From Octopus sinensis (lineage: Eukaryota): a stretch of 64,000 bases of DNA. The notes under the pieces are model-generated. The model ran no database searches. It was not told where the DNA came from and worked only from the letters and a program-made list of their open reading frames with translations. Of the stretch, positions 24,801 through 38,662 are shown one piece after another (position 1 is the first letter of the stretch; the number at the start of each line of letters is the position of its first letter). The stretch covers positions 154,752,001-154,816,000 of the forward strand of contig NC_042999.1 in NCBI RefSeq assembly GCF_006345805.1, written 5' to 3'. Both the position numbers and the translations under genes were made by a program.

Positions 24801-25303
24801 GAAGAGGAATAACTGGCCAGTCTTTCTGACATTTTCTCTTGTTTGAGGCTAAGGAAAGACAGGTCAGTTATTTCTCTACAGTTTTTTGTAAATTCTTAAA
24901 TATATCTCCCTCTGTGCATATATATCCTACCAAACAAACATGATTTTTATTGAACTCAAAATACTTTTTGGAGTCCCGTTCTGATTGCTGTCTTAAATAC
25001 TTTCTTGGAAACGGTTTTTAACATTTTCTTATTATTATCAAATAATGTATATTTGTATTTTAATACTTTTGTGATAACCAGTACTTAACACAACAAAGCT
25101 TATACAAAGCTTTACATTTTACTTTTGACAATCTTTTTCTAAAAATGTGAAACCAGTCAAGTGAATAATTGCATTTTCTCAAACCTTCTTTTCCACTCGT
25201 GCGGTACCTTACAACTTTACTTTGTTATATATATATGTGTGTGTGTGTGTGTGTGCGTGTGTGTGTATGTGTGTGTTTGTGTGTGTGTGTATGTGTGTGT
25301 GTT

Positions 25304-25358
<55 letters not shown>

Positions 25359-25609
25359 TGGTCGAGTAATATTGGTTGTCAGATAACCTATGAGAACACA
25401 CGGGTGAAACTCCAGATTCGTAAGAGATTCACTTACCCAGAATAAAACGTCATTCATTTTTACTATGGTAGATACACACACACACATACACCCACACAAA
25501 CACTCATACATACAGACTTATACTGCCATGTATGTGCGTTCGTGTGTCTGTGTGCGGAGTAAGAGAAAGTGTGTGAGAGAGAGAGAGAGACAGAGAGAGA
25601 AAGAAAGCG

Positions 25610-25648
<39 letters not shown>

Positions 25649-25989
25649 AAAGAAAGATTATAAAACACCTGTTTCACTGTTCCATTATCAGCTTTAGGTT
25701 TCTAAGTCTGTTACAAATATTTAATTGGTCTTTTGAGTACATCTTCCTTTATTTTCGGTTCCTCTCCCTGCTTCATTTTACACATCCTCTCCCACTTTCA
25801 TTGCTCTGTACCAAATATTTTTTTCTTCCCACCACTTGCACCCCACCAATAACACAACAACATATCAGTTACGGACATCTGTCTTTTTCTTCGCTTGGGC
25901 GTGTAACTGATATCTCATACGAGATCTAATATCGTTTATCTGCTTTCGTTGATTTTATCAGCTTCAAGCAACATGTACATCAAATATTA

Positions 25990-26600
25990 CGTATATCTCT
26001 GGTGTTTATTTTACGCGTGCATATTTACGTTCTCAACTATGGTCACCACACAATATGAAATTAAACGCGGAACTCGAAGCAGTCCATCGAAGCTACAAAA
26101 AGAAAATCGTCTCAATGCAACGTATCAGCTGCTTGGAAAGACTGGAAGAATTAAAACTCTTCTCCCTAGAACGAAGGCATGAAAGATATGCAGTGATATA
26201 CATCTGGAAAATCCTGGAAAGCCTTGCACCAAACGTTGACATTGAAAGTTACACAAACAGCAGAACGGGGCGTCACTGCATAATGAAAAATATCTAGCAT
26301 TTCTATCAAAATATAGGACCAGATACTGCAACAGTGTGGGTTTCAAGGACCCACAGGTCTTCAATATCCTTCTAAATGCCTGAGAGAGAGAGACATTGGT
26401 CGAGGATATTGGTTGTCAGATAACCTATGAGAACACACGGGTGAAACTCCAGATTCGTAAGAGATTCACTTACCCAGAATAAGGTGTAGATGTAGGTGTC
26501 TTCAAAACGAAACTGGATTTCTTCCTGTCAAGGGTTTCAGCTGAGCCTATCTCACAGTAGGAAACACAGATGAGGACAGCAGCATCACACTCATTCATTC
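25990..26600 (+). mobile_element. CR1/L2-type LINE 3' ORF2 remnant, interrupted by a 100-bp templated insert
   Basis: LERLEELKLFSLERRHERYAVIYIWKILE; downstream VFKTKLDFFL. Confidence 0.8.
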
Positions 26601-27020
26601 ACCAAATACCACAAATCAGATGAGGTTTCAAATAATAGTGTAGCACAGTCAACGGTGGTACTCCAGCATGACCACAGCTTTGAGATTGAAACAATTTAAA
26701 GATTTAAGGATATATCTTTACCCAGACTGGAGTAAGCATTACTGATGAGCGTTAATTTCCTTGCGAAATAAGCATGTCAATTTAATGCCACTCGCTTGCG
26801 GTGAGGAGGTTATCTCCCTTGTCAGTAAATAGAGCATGTACTTCTATGGCTAAAGAGTCTTTTACTCCCATTTCTAACAATGTTAGTGCTCCCTGCACCC
26901 TTTGTCACGTTTTAGCGACGGTGAATTATATATATGTGTGTGTCAGTGTGTGTGTATGGATATATTTACGCATATATGTATATATACATATACGTATGTA
27001 TATATATGTGTGTGTGTGTA

Positions 27021-27261
27021 TTGTTATATTTCGGGATGGTCATAATTTCTTTCTTGCCAAATAAATACTCGCACTATACATTCGTTCACGGACTAAACAG
27101 TACAAGAGGATACACATGAATGGAAGAGTTGCTGAAGAGGTCACAGATGTGTGACGAAAAATTTCCAGACAATGGACATAAGATAAAATGAGAACAATAA
27201 AAAATGGTGCGTGTGTTTATATGGCAAGAAGACAAAATATGACCATCCCGAAATATAACAA
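27021..27261. mobile_element. Tc1/mariner-type MITE (TA-flanked)
   Basis: Perfect TIR TTGTTATATTTCGGGATGGTCAT / ATGACCATCCCGAAATATAACAA with TA on each side. Confidence 0.85.
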
Positions 27262-27423
27262 TATTTGTTTCAAGACACGGTTTCACATCAGGAATCTTTC
27301 AAAACGAATTCATAGACGTATGTTTGTGTATGTGTACATGTGTATGTCTATGTGTATGTGAACGACGGATTTGGAGTCTCTTTCCGATGAAAGGTAACGA
27401 GAGTAGTAGCAGTAGTGGTAGTG

Positions 27424-27479
<56 letters not shown>

Positions 27480-28266
27480 TGCAGGAGGAGGTGGAGCAGC
27501 AGCAGTAGCAGCATCACCAGCATATGTTAATGTGTACATGCGCTTATGTATTTCTATAGGTGCGCATTAATTGTATATACACACATCTCATGCCCTTAAA
27601 ATCCCAATTACCTGTTACACTTCCGGTTAGTCAGAGGTCGAACACGAGAGCCTATTCTATGTGCGTTTTTCCTCGTTCTCTTCCTTTTTATTTCTTTTCT
27701 GCTTTTCTTTCTCTTTAGTTTTCCCTAGACATTCCTCTAGTATCTGATGAAGTACAATGTCCGAAACGTTAAACGTCTTACTCTTTCCTTTCTTTCTTGA
27801 ATGACAGACTAATAATATTAACTGAGAGCGTCTCTTGTAATGTTTTATTATTATTAGAAACACTAGCTATGAGAAACTGTACAAAAATGTAAACATATTT
27901 CTTGTATACTTTTCTTATGTTGGAGGGAAAAGCGATGCCTGCTGACGGACCGTTTCATGGTTTGTTGACCGCTCTTCTCTTCAGAGATCATTCTTCATCG
28001 TTTTCGCAGTATTTGTCAGAACTGGTGTATCAGCAGAAAGATGCTGAAAGGACACATGTACCATGGTGGCAGATTGGGGTGGGGGGTGGGGGGTAAGTTA
28101 CTTTCGTTTTTTTTTTTTAGAATTAAAGCCCGTGTGTCAGAGAATTTTGTGATACAAAACGGTTTTGAAACGTTTCTACTTTAACATTGCATCGAAACAT
28201 TTCCGGTGAGGTTGGTGAAATCGGTTGATGCATGACATGTGGATACATATATATATATATATATGT

Positions 28267-28317
<51 letters not shown>

Positions 28318-28336
28318 ATGCGTGCGTGTGTGTGAA

Positions 28337-28638
28337 GGCGCGTGGCTTAGTGTTTTAGGGCATTCGGCTCACGGTTGTAAGGTCGTGATTTCAATTCCAG
28401 GCGAGACGTCTCCTTGAGCAAGACAGTTTATTTACACGTTGCTCCAGTCCACTCAGCTGGCAAAAATGAGTTGTTGTACCTGTATTTCAAAGGGCCAGCA
28501 TTGTCCCACTCTGTGTCAAGCTGAATCTCCCTGAGAACTACGTTAGGGATACATGTGTCTGTGGATTAATTTCATGAGCAAGCTGTTCCGTTGATCGGAT
28601 CACTAGAACCCTCGTCGTCGTAACCGACGGAGTGCTCC
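28337..28638 (+). mobile_element. SINE family C (tRNA-like head GGCGCGTGGCTTAGTG; OR-type)
   Basis: A/B boxes, CCTTGAGCAAGAC core, tail ...GTAACCGACGGAGTGCT. Confidence 0.85.
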
Positions 28639-28642
28639 TATC

Positions 28643-28712
<70 letters not shown>

Positions 28713-28844
28713 CTCACTTAGAAACTAAACTAGTTGTGAGTCTGACAGCTGGAAAGAAAAATCTTGTAATATTCCAATTGAGAGACCCGTTTTTTCACAT
28801 GTTATGGACGTTCGTTCACACATAAGCAACTTCTGGCTACTTGA

Positions 28845-29030
28845 CCCCAGTGCGTAACTGGTACTTAATTTATTGACCCTGAAAGGATGAAACGCAAAGT
28901 CGACCTCGGCGGAATTTGAACTCACAACGTAACGACAGACGAAATACCTATTTCTTTACTACCCACAAGGGGCTAAACACAGAGAGGACAAACAAGGACA
29001 AACACACGGATTAAGTCGATTATATCGACA
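28845..29030 (-). mobile_element. SINE B dimer fragment
   Basis: gaaatacc|tatttc junction. Confidence 0.85.
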
Positions 29031-29039
29031 CCATACCGA

Positions 29040-30310
29040 AGAAGATACACAGGCTATAATGGAGCTCTTTTCTAGAGCATGCACTACTTTTGGATCTACC
29101 ACCTGAAGAAGACAACGGTCATGTTCCTCAGCCTCCTAGCCATCCCAATGTCGAACCTAACATCGTCCAGGGTAAAAGATTGATTGTAGTCGAATCTTTC
29201 GTCTACCTTGGTAGTAGTACTCTGTAGAGATGGATCCCTTGATTCTGAAATAAATCTGAGAAAGAAAAAAAAGCCAGCAACGCATTTGGAAGGCTCGAAA
29301 ATCGTATGTGATCTGACAGAGTTATCACTCTGAAAGCCAAGCTCAGGAGCTATGATTCATGCGTCTAAACTTCTCTTTTATACTCTTTTAAAACCCGGAA
29401 TACCTATTGTCATTGCATCGAGGTTTTGGGAAAATTTAATCGAACTTGCCTTCGGAGGATCTTAAACATCAAACGGCAGTCTCTAACACCAGACACCTTT
29501 GTTACTCATACACAATCCGATACGTTTGACTGTGCACCTTAGTAGCATGCAGAATGACAGGTTACCAAAGCCGTTGTTTTAGCTGGAGTTGCAACGTAGT
29601 AAACGTCCGAAACTTGAAGCTAAGAAAGGTTTTAGGGATGCTACCAAAGGCAACGTTAAGGCTCTTATTGTGAATGTTGAAGATTGGGTGCAGATGATGG
29701 AATATTAATCGGTTTGGAAAGATGTTATCTACTATGGTTATAAAACACTTGAAACACAGAGAATCGAACAATCTATCTTGAAGCGAGCACTTCGTAAATA
29801 GAATTTGATTTCAATCCCAGACACTTTTATCCACGGAAATGATTGTAACATCTGCAGTCGGATCAGTTTGTCCAAAGCTAGAATTGCTATTCATATGAGA
29901 TTTCATGACGGCATTTACTAATTGAAGAGATGGCCTTCTTCTGTGTAGGAGAGGTAATCATTATGTATGTATGTATGTATGTATATGTGTAAAGCTAGAC
30001 TCAAGAGTCATCTTCGTAGTTATAAAGCGAGAGACAGATGAGTGACAACCTGCCCACTGGTGGTGGTGTAACACACCACACTAATCATATCTGTCGGGCA
30101 TGTGGAAGAGAGTGTAATTCGGCAGGAGGACTTAAACGACATGCAAAGGTACATGAAGCCCAGTTACAACTATAGCCGGCTATTACCGGTAAAGGTTTTA
30201 GTTGCCAATTCTATACAAGACATTGTAGATCTTTAGCTGGGCTAAAGAGTCGCATTCGATCACAGCGCCAGTAACAGTTAAGCTTAGTGCAATGGCCATA
30301 CTCGATAACG
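29040..30310 (+). mobile_element. Degenerate RTE (BovB-like) LINE 3' half with tandem C2H2 zinc fingers
   Basis: FVYLGS..RDGSLDSEI; fingers CNICSRISLSKARIAIHMRFH and CRACGRECNSAGGLKRHAKVH; (ATGT)n tail. Confidence 0.8.
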
Positions 30311-31901
30311 TATGTATGTATGTATGTATGCATGCATGCATGCATGCATGCATGCATGTATGTATGTATGTATGTATGTATGTATGTATGTATGTATGTA
30401 TGTATGTATGTGCGTATATGTATGTATGTGCGTATATGTATGTAACATCTGTTATATACTCCGTAAAGTCCCAAAGTAAAATACTCTCACACATAACCAT
30501 GATCATCCTTATGTAGTTCTTTCAGAAAACCACGACATTAAGAACAATGAAATCTACAACCAAATGATTTAATGGGTTTGTGATACGAAAAAGAATCAAC
30601 GACAAGAGAAGGAAATACACAACAGAAACATAGAATATCCCATCCTCAGCTGCCCGATCGGATATCTTCATTGTTTTGACATCAATGGCATTCCACTCTA
30701 TTTGACGGAGTCAAGAGCATCAAAAAAATTTTAATGCTACCGCAGAACATAGAAACAAAATGTTCCTTGTTTCTGCCTTAAACAAGAGAGACAGAGATAG
30801 GCAGAAACAAGGAAAATGTCCCTTGTATTTAAATACTATGCAAATATTCTTTTAAATAATTTTTCATTCAATTTAATTTTTCCAAAATTTAATTGTTTTC
30901 CATACTTATAGTTGAAAAAGTCTCAATGACTGAAACCAGTACTGATATGCTTTTTATAAAATTATTTTAGCATTTTTTCCCTTGACTTTTTCCACACACA
31001 CACACACGCACGCACGCACGCACATACACACACACACACACGCACACACACACATATATATATAATTAAAAGAAAATGGAGAATTTGTACACAGAGTAAT
31101 CGATATATCTATAATAATAGTAGTCAATTCATGTTGCCTACGCGCGTTTCGGTTTTAATTACTTAAATCCATATAAGGCAATTAAATTGCATTATGAATC
31201 TTAAAAAGCAAAGCCTTTCGTCAAGGCAAGAGTTTATTAAATTAGAATTTTTTTCCTTCATTCTCAACGGATGGAGAGTTCATTCTAATTGACTTGTGTG
31301 TGCGTCTTGGACTCCGTTCTAAAAATAGGAAGAGGCTGATTTTGATCTCACTGGACTAGGAATAGGCATTGTTCAGAAGAACTAGGTCATATTACTATCC
31401 ACCCCTTTTAAAGGCGCAAAATGACGGCTTTTAACAAGCTGGTCATTTATCATTATCTCTAAAATACATTCCTCATTAACTGTATATGTTTATATACCTC
31501 CCATTACCACTTTGTACTATCTATCCTGTTCACAATATATATAAAGGTTCTTATTTACTGGTAAAATATCAATCTATGTATGCACTTATTTGTTATCACT
31601 TATTTATTTTTTGTTTATTCTTACTGTAAAAAGTTATATTAGTTGTTACTAATATAAATTATTTATTTAGATATATTATTAGATAGTTTAGGTTCGTAGC
31701 TATACTTGTCTATTTAATTAATGGTATAGATGTACGATTCTCATTTATTATGTACACACTGTTTATTTTTATCTAAATTTATTTAATTACAAAAAAAGTA
31801 TATTTAACTTAGGAACGTAGATGTTGTGAAAGAAAAAGCATGCATTTTTCTTTCTCTCTATTTGGAACATATGCATGTATGTATGTTTGTATGTATGTAT
31901 G

Positions 31902-31977
<76 letters not shown>

Positions 31978-31999
31978 CTTTGTCGACGAACAAGGGTTC

Positions 32000-32281
32000 C
32001 ATTTGATCCGCTCAATCAAACAGCCTACTCGTTAAATTAACGTGCTGAGCGCTCTACAGACACGCGTACCTTTAACGTAGTTCTCAAGGAGTTTCAGTGT
32101 AACAAAGAATGTGACGAGGTTGGCCCTTGGAAATACAGATACTATTCATTTTTGCCAGCTCAGTAAACTGGAGCAATGTTAAAGAACGTGCCTTACTCAA
32201 GGATACAACGCACCACCAGTAACCGAACTTATGACCTTACCCTTGTGAGTCGAATGCACTAACCACTAAGCCACGCACCTT
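32000..32281 (-). mobile_element. SINE family C
   Basis: Reverse complement of the head and tail of 28337-28638. Confidence 0.8.
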
Positions 32282-32311
32282 CACACACACACACGCATGC
32301 ATACATATAAG

Positions 32312-32360
<49 letters not shown>

Positions 32361-32625
32361 TATATATACATGTTCCGTTATTTGGTGGTATCAACAAAAT
32401 GTAGACCCCCAGTAAAAGATAAATATTATTTAATGCACACAGGATTTCAGTTCGAGTTACTATTAGTTTCATGCATCCGAAGAGTGCCGTGTATTTTCAA
32501 GCAACTATTCAAACACAAAATACAAGGCCGCTCTTTGATAATACACGGTGCACTGTTCATGTTTTAGTATGATTAAAGTATATTATGTCAAAGTACATTA
32601 CAGGTTATACTACACACATATATAT

Positions 32626-32785
<160 letters not shown>

Positions 32786-33640
32786 CAAAGTGTGCGTACG
32801 CCGCTATATATATATATATATATATATGATGCAAAATGGAACAAGAACGCAAAACATCCGGACAACTAGGTGATACAAAAAGAGACAACAAAACATCCAG
32901 ATAGACGATACAAAAAAAAAAGAACAAGGACGGGTCATTTGAAGCCTTTTATCCTCAGTCAAGAACCGGACCATCCTCGCAATTTCGGCTGATTAATCTT
33001 GAGATTGCTCCAATCTCGTCAGCCCCAAGGAAAAACTAAGCTAAGAGCATTAGCTTCCTTGGAAAAATAACATCGAATGTATGCGAAAACAAGAACGAAA
33101 AAACAGACGATGTTACACGAATATAAAAACAAAAATACAATAAATATATACACATGTATATATAGATTAATTCTATTCATAGTACATGTCGGGATCTATC
33201 ACAAAGCCGGAATACTTCTGGTGTAGAAAATCCAAATTTCACAACGATTATACCGTCATATGGTTTGGCGAAGAGTGAAATTATAATAACCATCAATTAC
33301 AAAGATTTAACATTCCTCTCATTCACATATATTGCATTGTTCCAAACAAATTACAATATTCTTTATTCTTTACTTATAATTAAATTCATCCATCTATATA
33401 TACATACTTGTATGTTTTTAATACTATATTATCTCGAAATTTACATTGATTTATTAATGTCGAAAAAAGTACACATATATATTGGATATTCTATTGGATA
33501 ATAGATCATGTTCCTCTAGTTTTCCGCTAGTATTGCCTCCATTCAAATTCTAAATAGGAACTTAGTTCAATTTGAGCACTTGGATTCTAGCCTGTTTCTG
33601 AGTATTGTTAAAGTTAACAATCTTTATATAAAATTGTATA

Positions 33641-33704
<64 letters not shown>

Positions 33705-34377
33705 AAAGAGAGAGAGAGAGAGGAAGGGAGTGGGAGAGAGAGAGAAAGAGAGAGAGTAAGAGACAGTCAGACAGAGGGTCCTCACTTCACTGGCCAAAAA
33801 CCAAGGGCTGTTTACAGTAAGATAAAGGTATACACATATCCATATTTTGAATTCCTAATTCAGAACAAGGTCTAATCCCTTTCTGTCATCAATACATAAT
33901 TTCTTGAGATTGCAATAACCTTCAAGCACAAAGATTTTTTAACATTTCTCCCATTCGCACATATTGCAATGCTTCAGATTAATTACAATATTCCTTATTT
34001 TCTTAATGCATGGCATTTTATATCGAAGTACATGACACATCATCTCTCTTTTCCTACTGGTAGTTCACATTTTCATTTCTCTTGAAGGTCGATGTTATTA
34101 TTGATCATTATGTATAAAATTGAGACACTGAAGATCGAATCCAGGTTGAGTTTGCATTTTTCTTTATCAATTTCTAAAAACGAACTTTTCTCTTACTTTG
34201 TACATATATCCTAAATGTAAAGAACAAATTGAATGTCCGAATATCAAACCTGCGTTTCATAAATTTTATATCACAACTGTACTCTTCACGGTTAATTTAT
34301 GAATTAATGAGGTCAATGTTAAGTTTCCCCAGAAACAGTTATTTCATTAAATAAACGGATGCACACACACGCACGCA

Positions 34378-34452
<75 letters not shown>

Positions 34453-34763
34453 GCATACACACTGGATTGGCATTTAACAATAAATAATGATAAGTTCCGA
34501 TAAATAATGATAAATTCCGATAAGAAAGGCAAAGTGTTATCACTTAAGAGTAAAACATAAAAATGATCGCGTGTTTAATCTGAAATAGACTGTACCGATG
34601 TCAAGATTTTGTACGTTTGACCCTGATTCTTATAAGACACAACCTTTGGCTGTTGCTTGGCGCTGGGACCTGGCAACGTAGGAGAAGAGCTCCACTTCAC
34701 AACACTTGTTTCTTTCACCCATTTTATCTGAAACCTTAGCAGTTGTAACGAACTCTGCAACTA

Positions 34764-35166
34764 GGCGTAGGAGTGGCTGTACGGTAAGTAGCTTGTTTAC
34801 CAACCACATGGTTCAGTCCCACTGCGTGGAACCCTGGGCAAGTGTCTTGTACTATAGCCCCGGGTCGACCAAAGCGTTGTGAGTGGATTTGGTTGACGTA
34901 AACTGAAAGAAGCCCGTCGTATATATGTATATATATGTGTGCGCGTATATGTTAGTGTGTCTGTGTTTGTTCCCGCCAACATCGCTTGACAACCGATGCT
35001 GGTGTGTTTACGTCGCCGTAACTTAGCGGTTCGGCAAAAGAGACCGATAGAATAAGTACTAGACTTACAAAGAATAAGTCCAGGGGGTCGATTTGCTCGA
35101 CTAAAGGCAGTGCTCCAGTATGGCCACACTCAAATGACTGAAACAAGTAAAAGAGAGTAAAGAGTT
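34764..35166 (+). mobile_element. Full SINE A
   Basis: Head GGCGTAGGAGTGGCTG to tail AAACAAGTAAAAGAG. Confidence 0.9.
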
Positions 35167-35184
35167 AAAACATTCAAACGCGCG

Positions 35185-35227
<43 letters not shown>

Positions 35228-35487
35228 TATACTCAGGTGCATTGATCGTGATTTCGGTTCCCAAACGGAGCGGTGCGTTGTGTTCTTCAGCAAAACAGTT
35301 CATTTCACGTAGCTCCGCGATCATTACGATATCTGACGTGCGGAAAACTTGTGCACCTGTACAGGCAATGTCGATGTAATGAAGGAAGTGAGCTGACGTA
35401 CAACATAAATATTTCATCATTATAAACGACACATTTGTGTGGTTGTTCGGCAACATATATATATGTGTGTGCGTGTATGTGCGTACA

Positions 35488-35612
35488 CTAGCAATGTACC
35501 CCGGCGTTGCCAATGGTGTTATGACCTACAGCCACATTGTATTATTTGTTCCTTTCTTATGGGCAGAATCGGTGCACGAGAACTATGAAGTAAACAACTC
35601 TTCTTTATAAAC
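35488..35612 (-). mobile_element. Short Helitron remnant
   Basis: The minus strand ends GCAACGCCGGGGTACATTGCTAG|T. Confidence 0.55.
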
Positions 35613-35836
35613 ATGTTTTTCGGTCATTTTTTGATGAACAATGCTGCAGTTTCCCTCTACCGATTTCAGTCACAATTCTGTGGTTGTTCAAGGGCTATAG
35701 TAGAAAACATTTATCCAAGGTACCATGCAGAGGGACTGAACGTGGAACCATGTGGTTGGGAAGCAAACTTCTCAACCACCGTCATTCTTACATCTAATAT
35801 ATGTATGTATGTTTACATCATCATCATCATCATCAT

Positions 35837-35878
<42 letters not shown>

Positions 35879-36052
35879 TATTTAACGTTCGCTTTCTATA
35901 CTAGCATGGATTGGACGGTTTGACTGAGGACTGGTAAGCCAGAACGCTGCACCAGGTTCCAATCTGATCTGGCAAGGTTCCTACAGTTCTTTTACAGGGC
36001 TTAGATAAACTGAAGGGCCGCTGCAATAATGTATGAATTCAAGAAGGGAATA

Positions 36053-36426
36053 TCTTTATATATATAAAAGGCAAAATGTCTGTCTGTGTGTGTGTGTGTA
36101 TCCTTTATACAAATCCACAATTTTTCAGTTAGAGGGCTCGCACTTTCTATGGTCATTAAAAACCGTCCAAGGGTGGTCGTGCACATCCTTACATTTCCCC
36201 AGTCACCCCGCAAAGCCATTAAAAACTCAATAGAAGTGACTTTTTTGTGAATTTTCTATCCCAAACCCAATCAAAATGCCCGAAACTTGATACGCCAATT
36301 GAATGCCAGCTAGCTGTATGTGATTGGTCGGATATTTGGACAGTACTCACGTATATGTGCGCACGCACGCAGCTGTGTATGTATGCACTAGCACTATGAC
36401 CCGGTGTTTCCGGGTCATAGTGCTAG
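36053..36426 (+). mobile_element. Non-autonomous Helitron, 374 bp
   Basis: A|TCTTTATATATATAAAAGG start; 19-bp-stem terminal palindrome; CTAG|T end. Confidence 0.8.
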
Positions 36427-36665
36427 TGTTGAATAAAATAATAATTAACTAATCCTCTTGTATTTTCTTAATCCCAAACCAAGAACTTATATATATATAT
36501 ATATATATATATATTTAAATTTGACATGGGCGATTCTTTCTTGTCTTGTGATTCACGGTCAAACGGCTGGGTGGAATTGCGCGAAAAATTACATAGATGT
36601 GTAGAATGATCCGGTGGTGATGCTGGGCTTTGTATTTTTTATAGCTCCCATGGTTACCGAGATAA

Positions 36666-37080
36666 TCTACTATAATAATACTCTTGCGTTTATGAATAAA
36701 AAAGGAAGGGGTGATAGATGAATAAGGAAGGAAGGTGTGATGTCATACTTGGCAATGTATGCTGACAAAACTAAATCAAACAGCATCTGAACTTTGTGTG
36801 AATATATGCATATGTAAAAGTGGGGTATGTGAATGTGTGTGTGTGCGCACGCAATGGAAGTTGGATGGTTCATCTTTGTTCGCTTAGTATTTGCATTTTT
36901 TTTTTGATTTGGTTGAATCTTTGTTGCTTTTTGTTGTTTGTTAGGTTTTTTTTACAGAAAAAAGTCATTCTAAATTGTTTTTTAACGTAAGCGTGCCCAA
37001 ATAAGTCGAATACTCACACAGAGCCGGTTTTAGAGCCACATCATCCAAACCTACCGGGTTAAACCGGGCTTAGCTACTAG
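36666..37080 (+). mobile_element. Non-autonomous Helitron, 415 bp
   Basis: A|TCTACTATAATAATA start; CCGG-GTTAAA-CCGG hairpin; CTAG|T end. The 5' part is repeated at ~60075-60190. Confidence 0.75.
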
Positions 37081-37286
37081 TATATATATTTAGACCTGAA
37101 GAGTGGCTATGTATCGTTGGGTCGAATAAATATTAATACCTGAGATTATCGATTTTGATATTGTCGATTTAAATATATCTTCACGAAACGCGCGTAGTCG
37201 ATTTAATGCGTATTATTTAGTATAGTAATTTAATATAGATAATATCTTTCACTATTAATTGAATTACTTTGATGGCGGTTCTGTTT

Positions 37287-37327
<41 letters not shown>

Positions 37328-37429
37328 CTGGCAAGTTCTTTACTGAATGCAAATTTCAAATATTTATCTGTCTTTTTTTTATTGGTAGGTGCAAGATTTC
37401 AAATGTTAGTGGAATGGACAATAAAGGAC

Positions 37430-37720
37430 GGCAGGTGAATGGAGTGTGTGCATTCGCGTATGTGTGTTTGAGGTTATGTGATATGCGCTGGAATTCAAGA
37501 AGTAATTGAAACTAACAATTTTTAAATAATTTTCTTTGCTTGGGGCATGTGTGTGTGTATGTGTGTGTGTATGTGTGAGTGCGAGCGCGTGCGAGCGCGC
37601 GCAAACGCCTGTGTACGTGTGTGTGTGAATGTGTGCATGCGCGTATATGTGTTTGAGGCTATGTGATATACACTGGAATTCAAGAATTGAAATTAGCAAT
37701 AATTTTCTTTGCTAGGGGCA
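37430..37720. repeat. Diverged tandem duplication of a ~110-bp unit separated by (TG)n
   Basis: gtgtttgagg(t/c)tatgtgatat.c.ctggaattcaagaa occurs twice. Confidence 0.8.
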
Positions 37721-38224
37721 TGTGTGTATGTGTGTGTGTGTTTGTGTGTGTGCATGTGTGTGAGTGCGTGTGCGTTTGTGTGCGTGTTTGTGTGTGTATG
37801 CGGTTGTGTGTTTGCGTGTGTGTGTTTGTGTGAGTGTGTGTATGTTTGTGTATGTGTGTGTATGTGTGCGTGGGTTTATGTGTATGTGTGTGTGTATGTT
37901 GGCCTTAAGGAAGGGGATAAAAGCTCTCTCTAGCATAGTAGAGAGTACATGTTTATTTACCCGCTCCTGTAGTCTGTTATCCTAGTATTACCCTGAAATG
38001 TTGCCGGTTTCTCAGAAATAAACTAAATAACGGGGAAAAAAGTCACACTACTGAGACGACGGTGAGATTGTTGAATTGTTGAATTTACAAACCGGTTTTC
38101 GACTCGTATCACCACATACAAAAAAGAGAACCGTTGGCAATAACAGTGTCTTCTAGAAGAACGGCGATAAAGAGTGATAGTCAAGGTGCCGAAGGAAAGG
38201 AAACAACCGAACATCAGTTTCAAA

Positions 38225-38662
38225 TTTTAGCACAAGGCCAGCGATTTCGTGGGATTGAGTAAGTCGATTACATCGGTCCCAGTTCTCTCAACAGGTACTT
38301 AATTTATCGACCCCGAAAGGATGAAAGGCAAAGTCGAGCTCGGCGGAATTTGAACTCAGAACGTAAAGACAGACGAAATACCACCGCTAAGCATTTCGCC
38401 CGGCGTGCTATCGTTTCTGCCAGCTCGTCGCCTTCGCAGACCGCATATTCTTTTCTACTCTAGGCACAAGGCCCGAAATTTTGGGGGAGGGGCCAGTCGA
38501 TTAGATAGGCCCCAATATGCAACTGGTACTTAATTTATCGACCCCGAAAGGATGACAGACAAAGTCGAGCTCGGCGGAATTTGAACCCAGAACGTAAAGA
38601 CAGACAAAATACCGCTAAGCATTTTGCCCGGAGTGCTAACGTTTCTGCCAGCTCGCCGCCTT
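38225..38662 (-). mobile_element. Two SINE B copies, short-tail variant
   Basis: Heads at ~38430 and ~38660. Confidence 0.85.

Noticed and set aside
28337-28410. tRNA-like sequences (also at 40549, 42112, 62502 and others)
   Set aside because: SINE heads followed by SINE core and tail, not stand-alone tRNA genes
32930-33060. Possible hammerhead on the minus strand (CTGACGA, CTGAGGA, GAAA present)
   Set aside because: The core motifs are not in register with stems II and III, and there is no NUH site.
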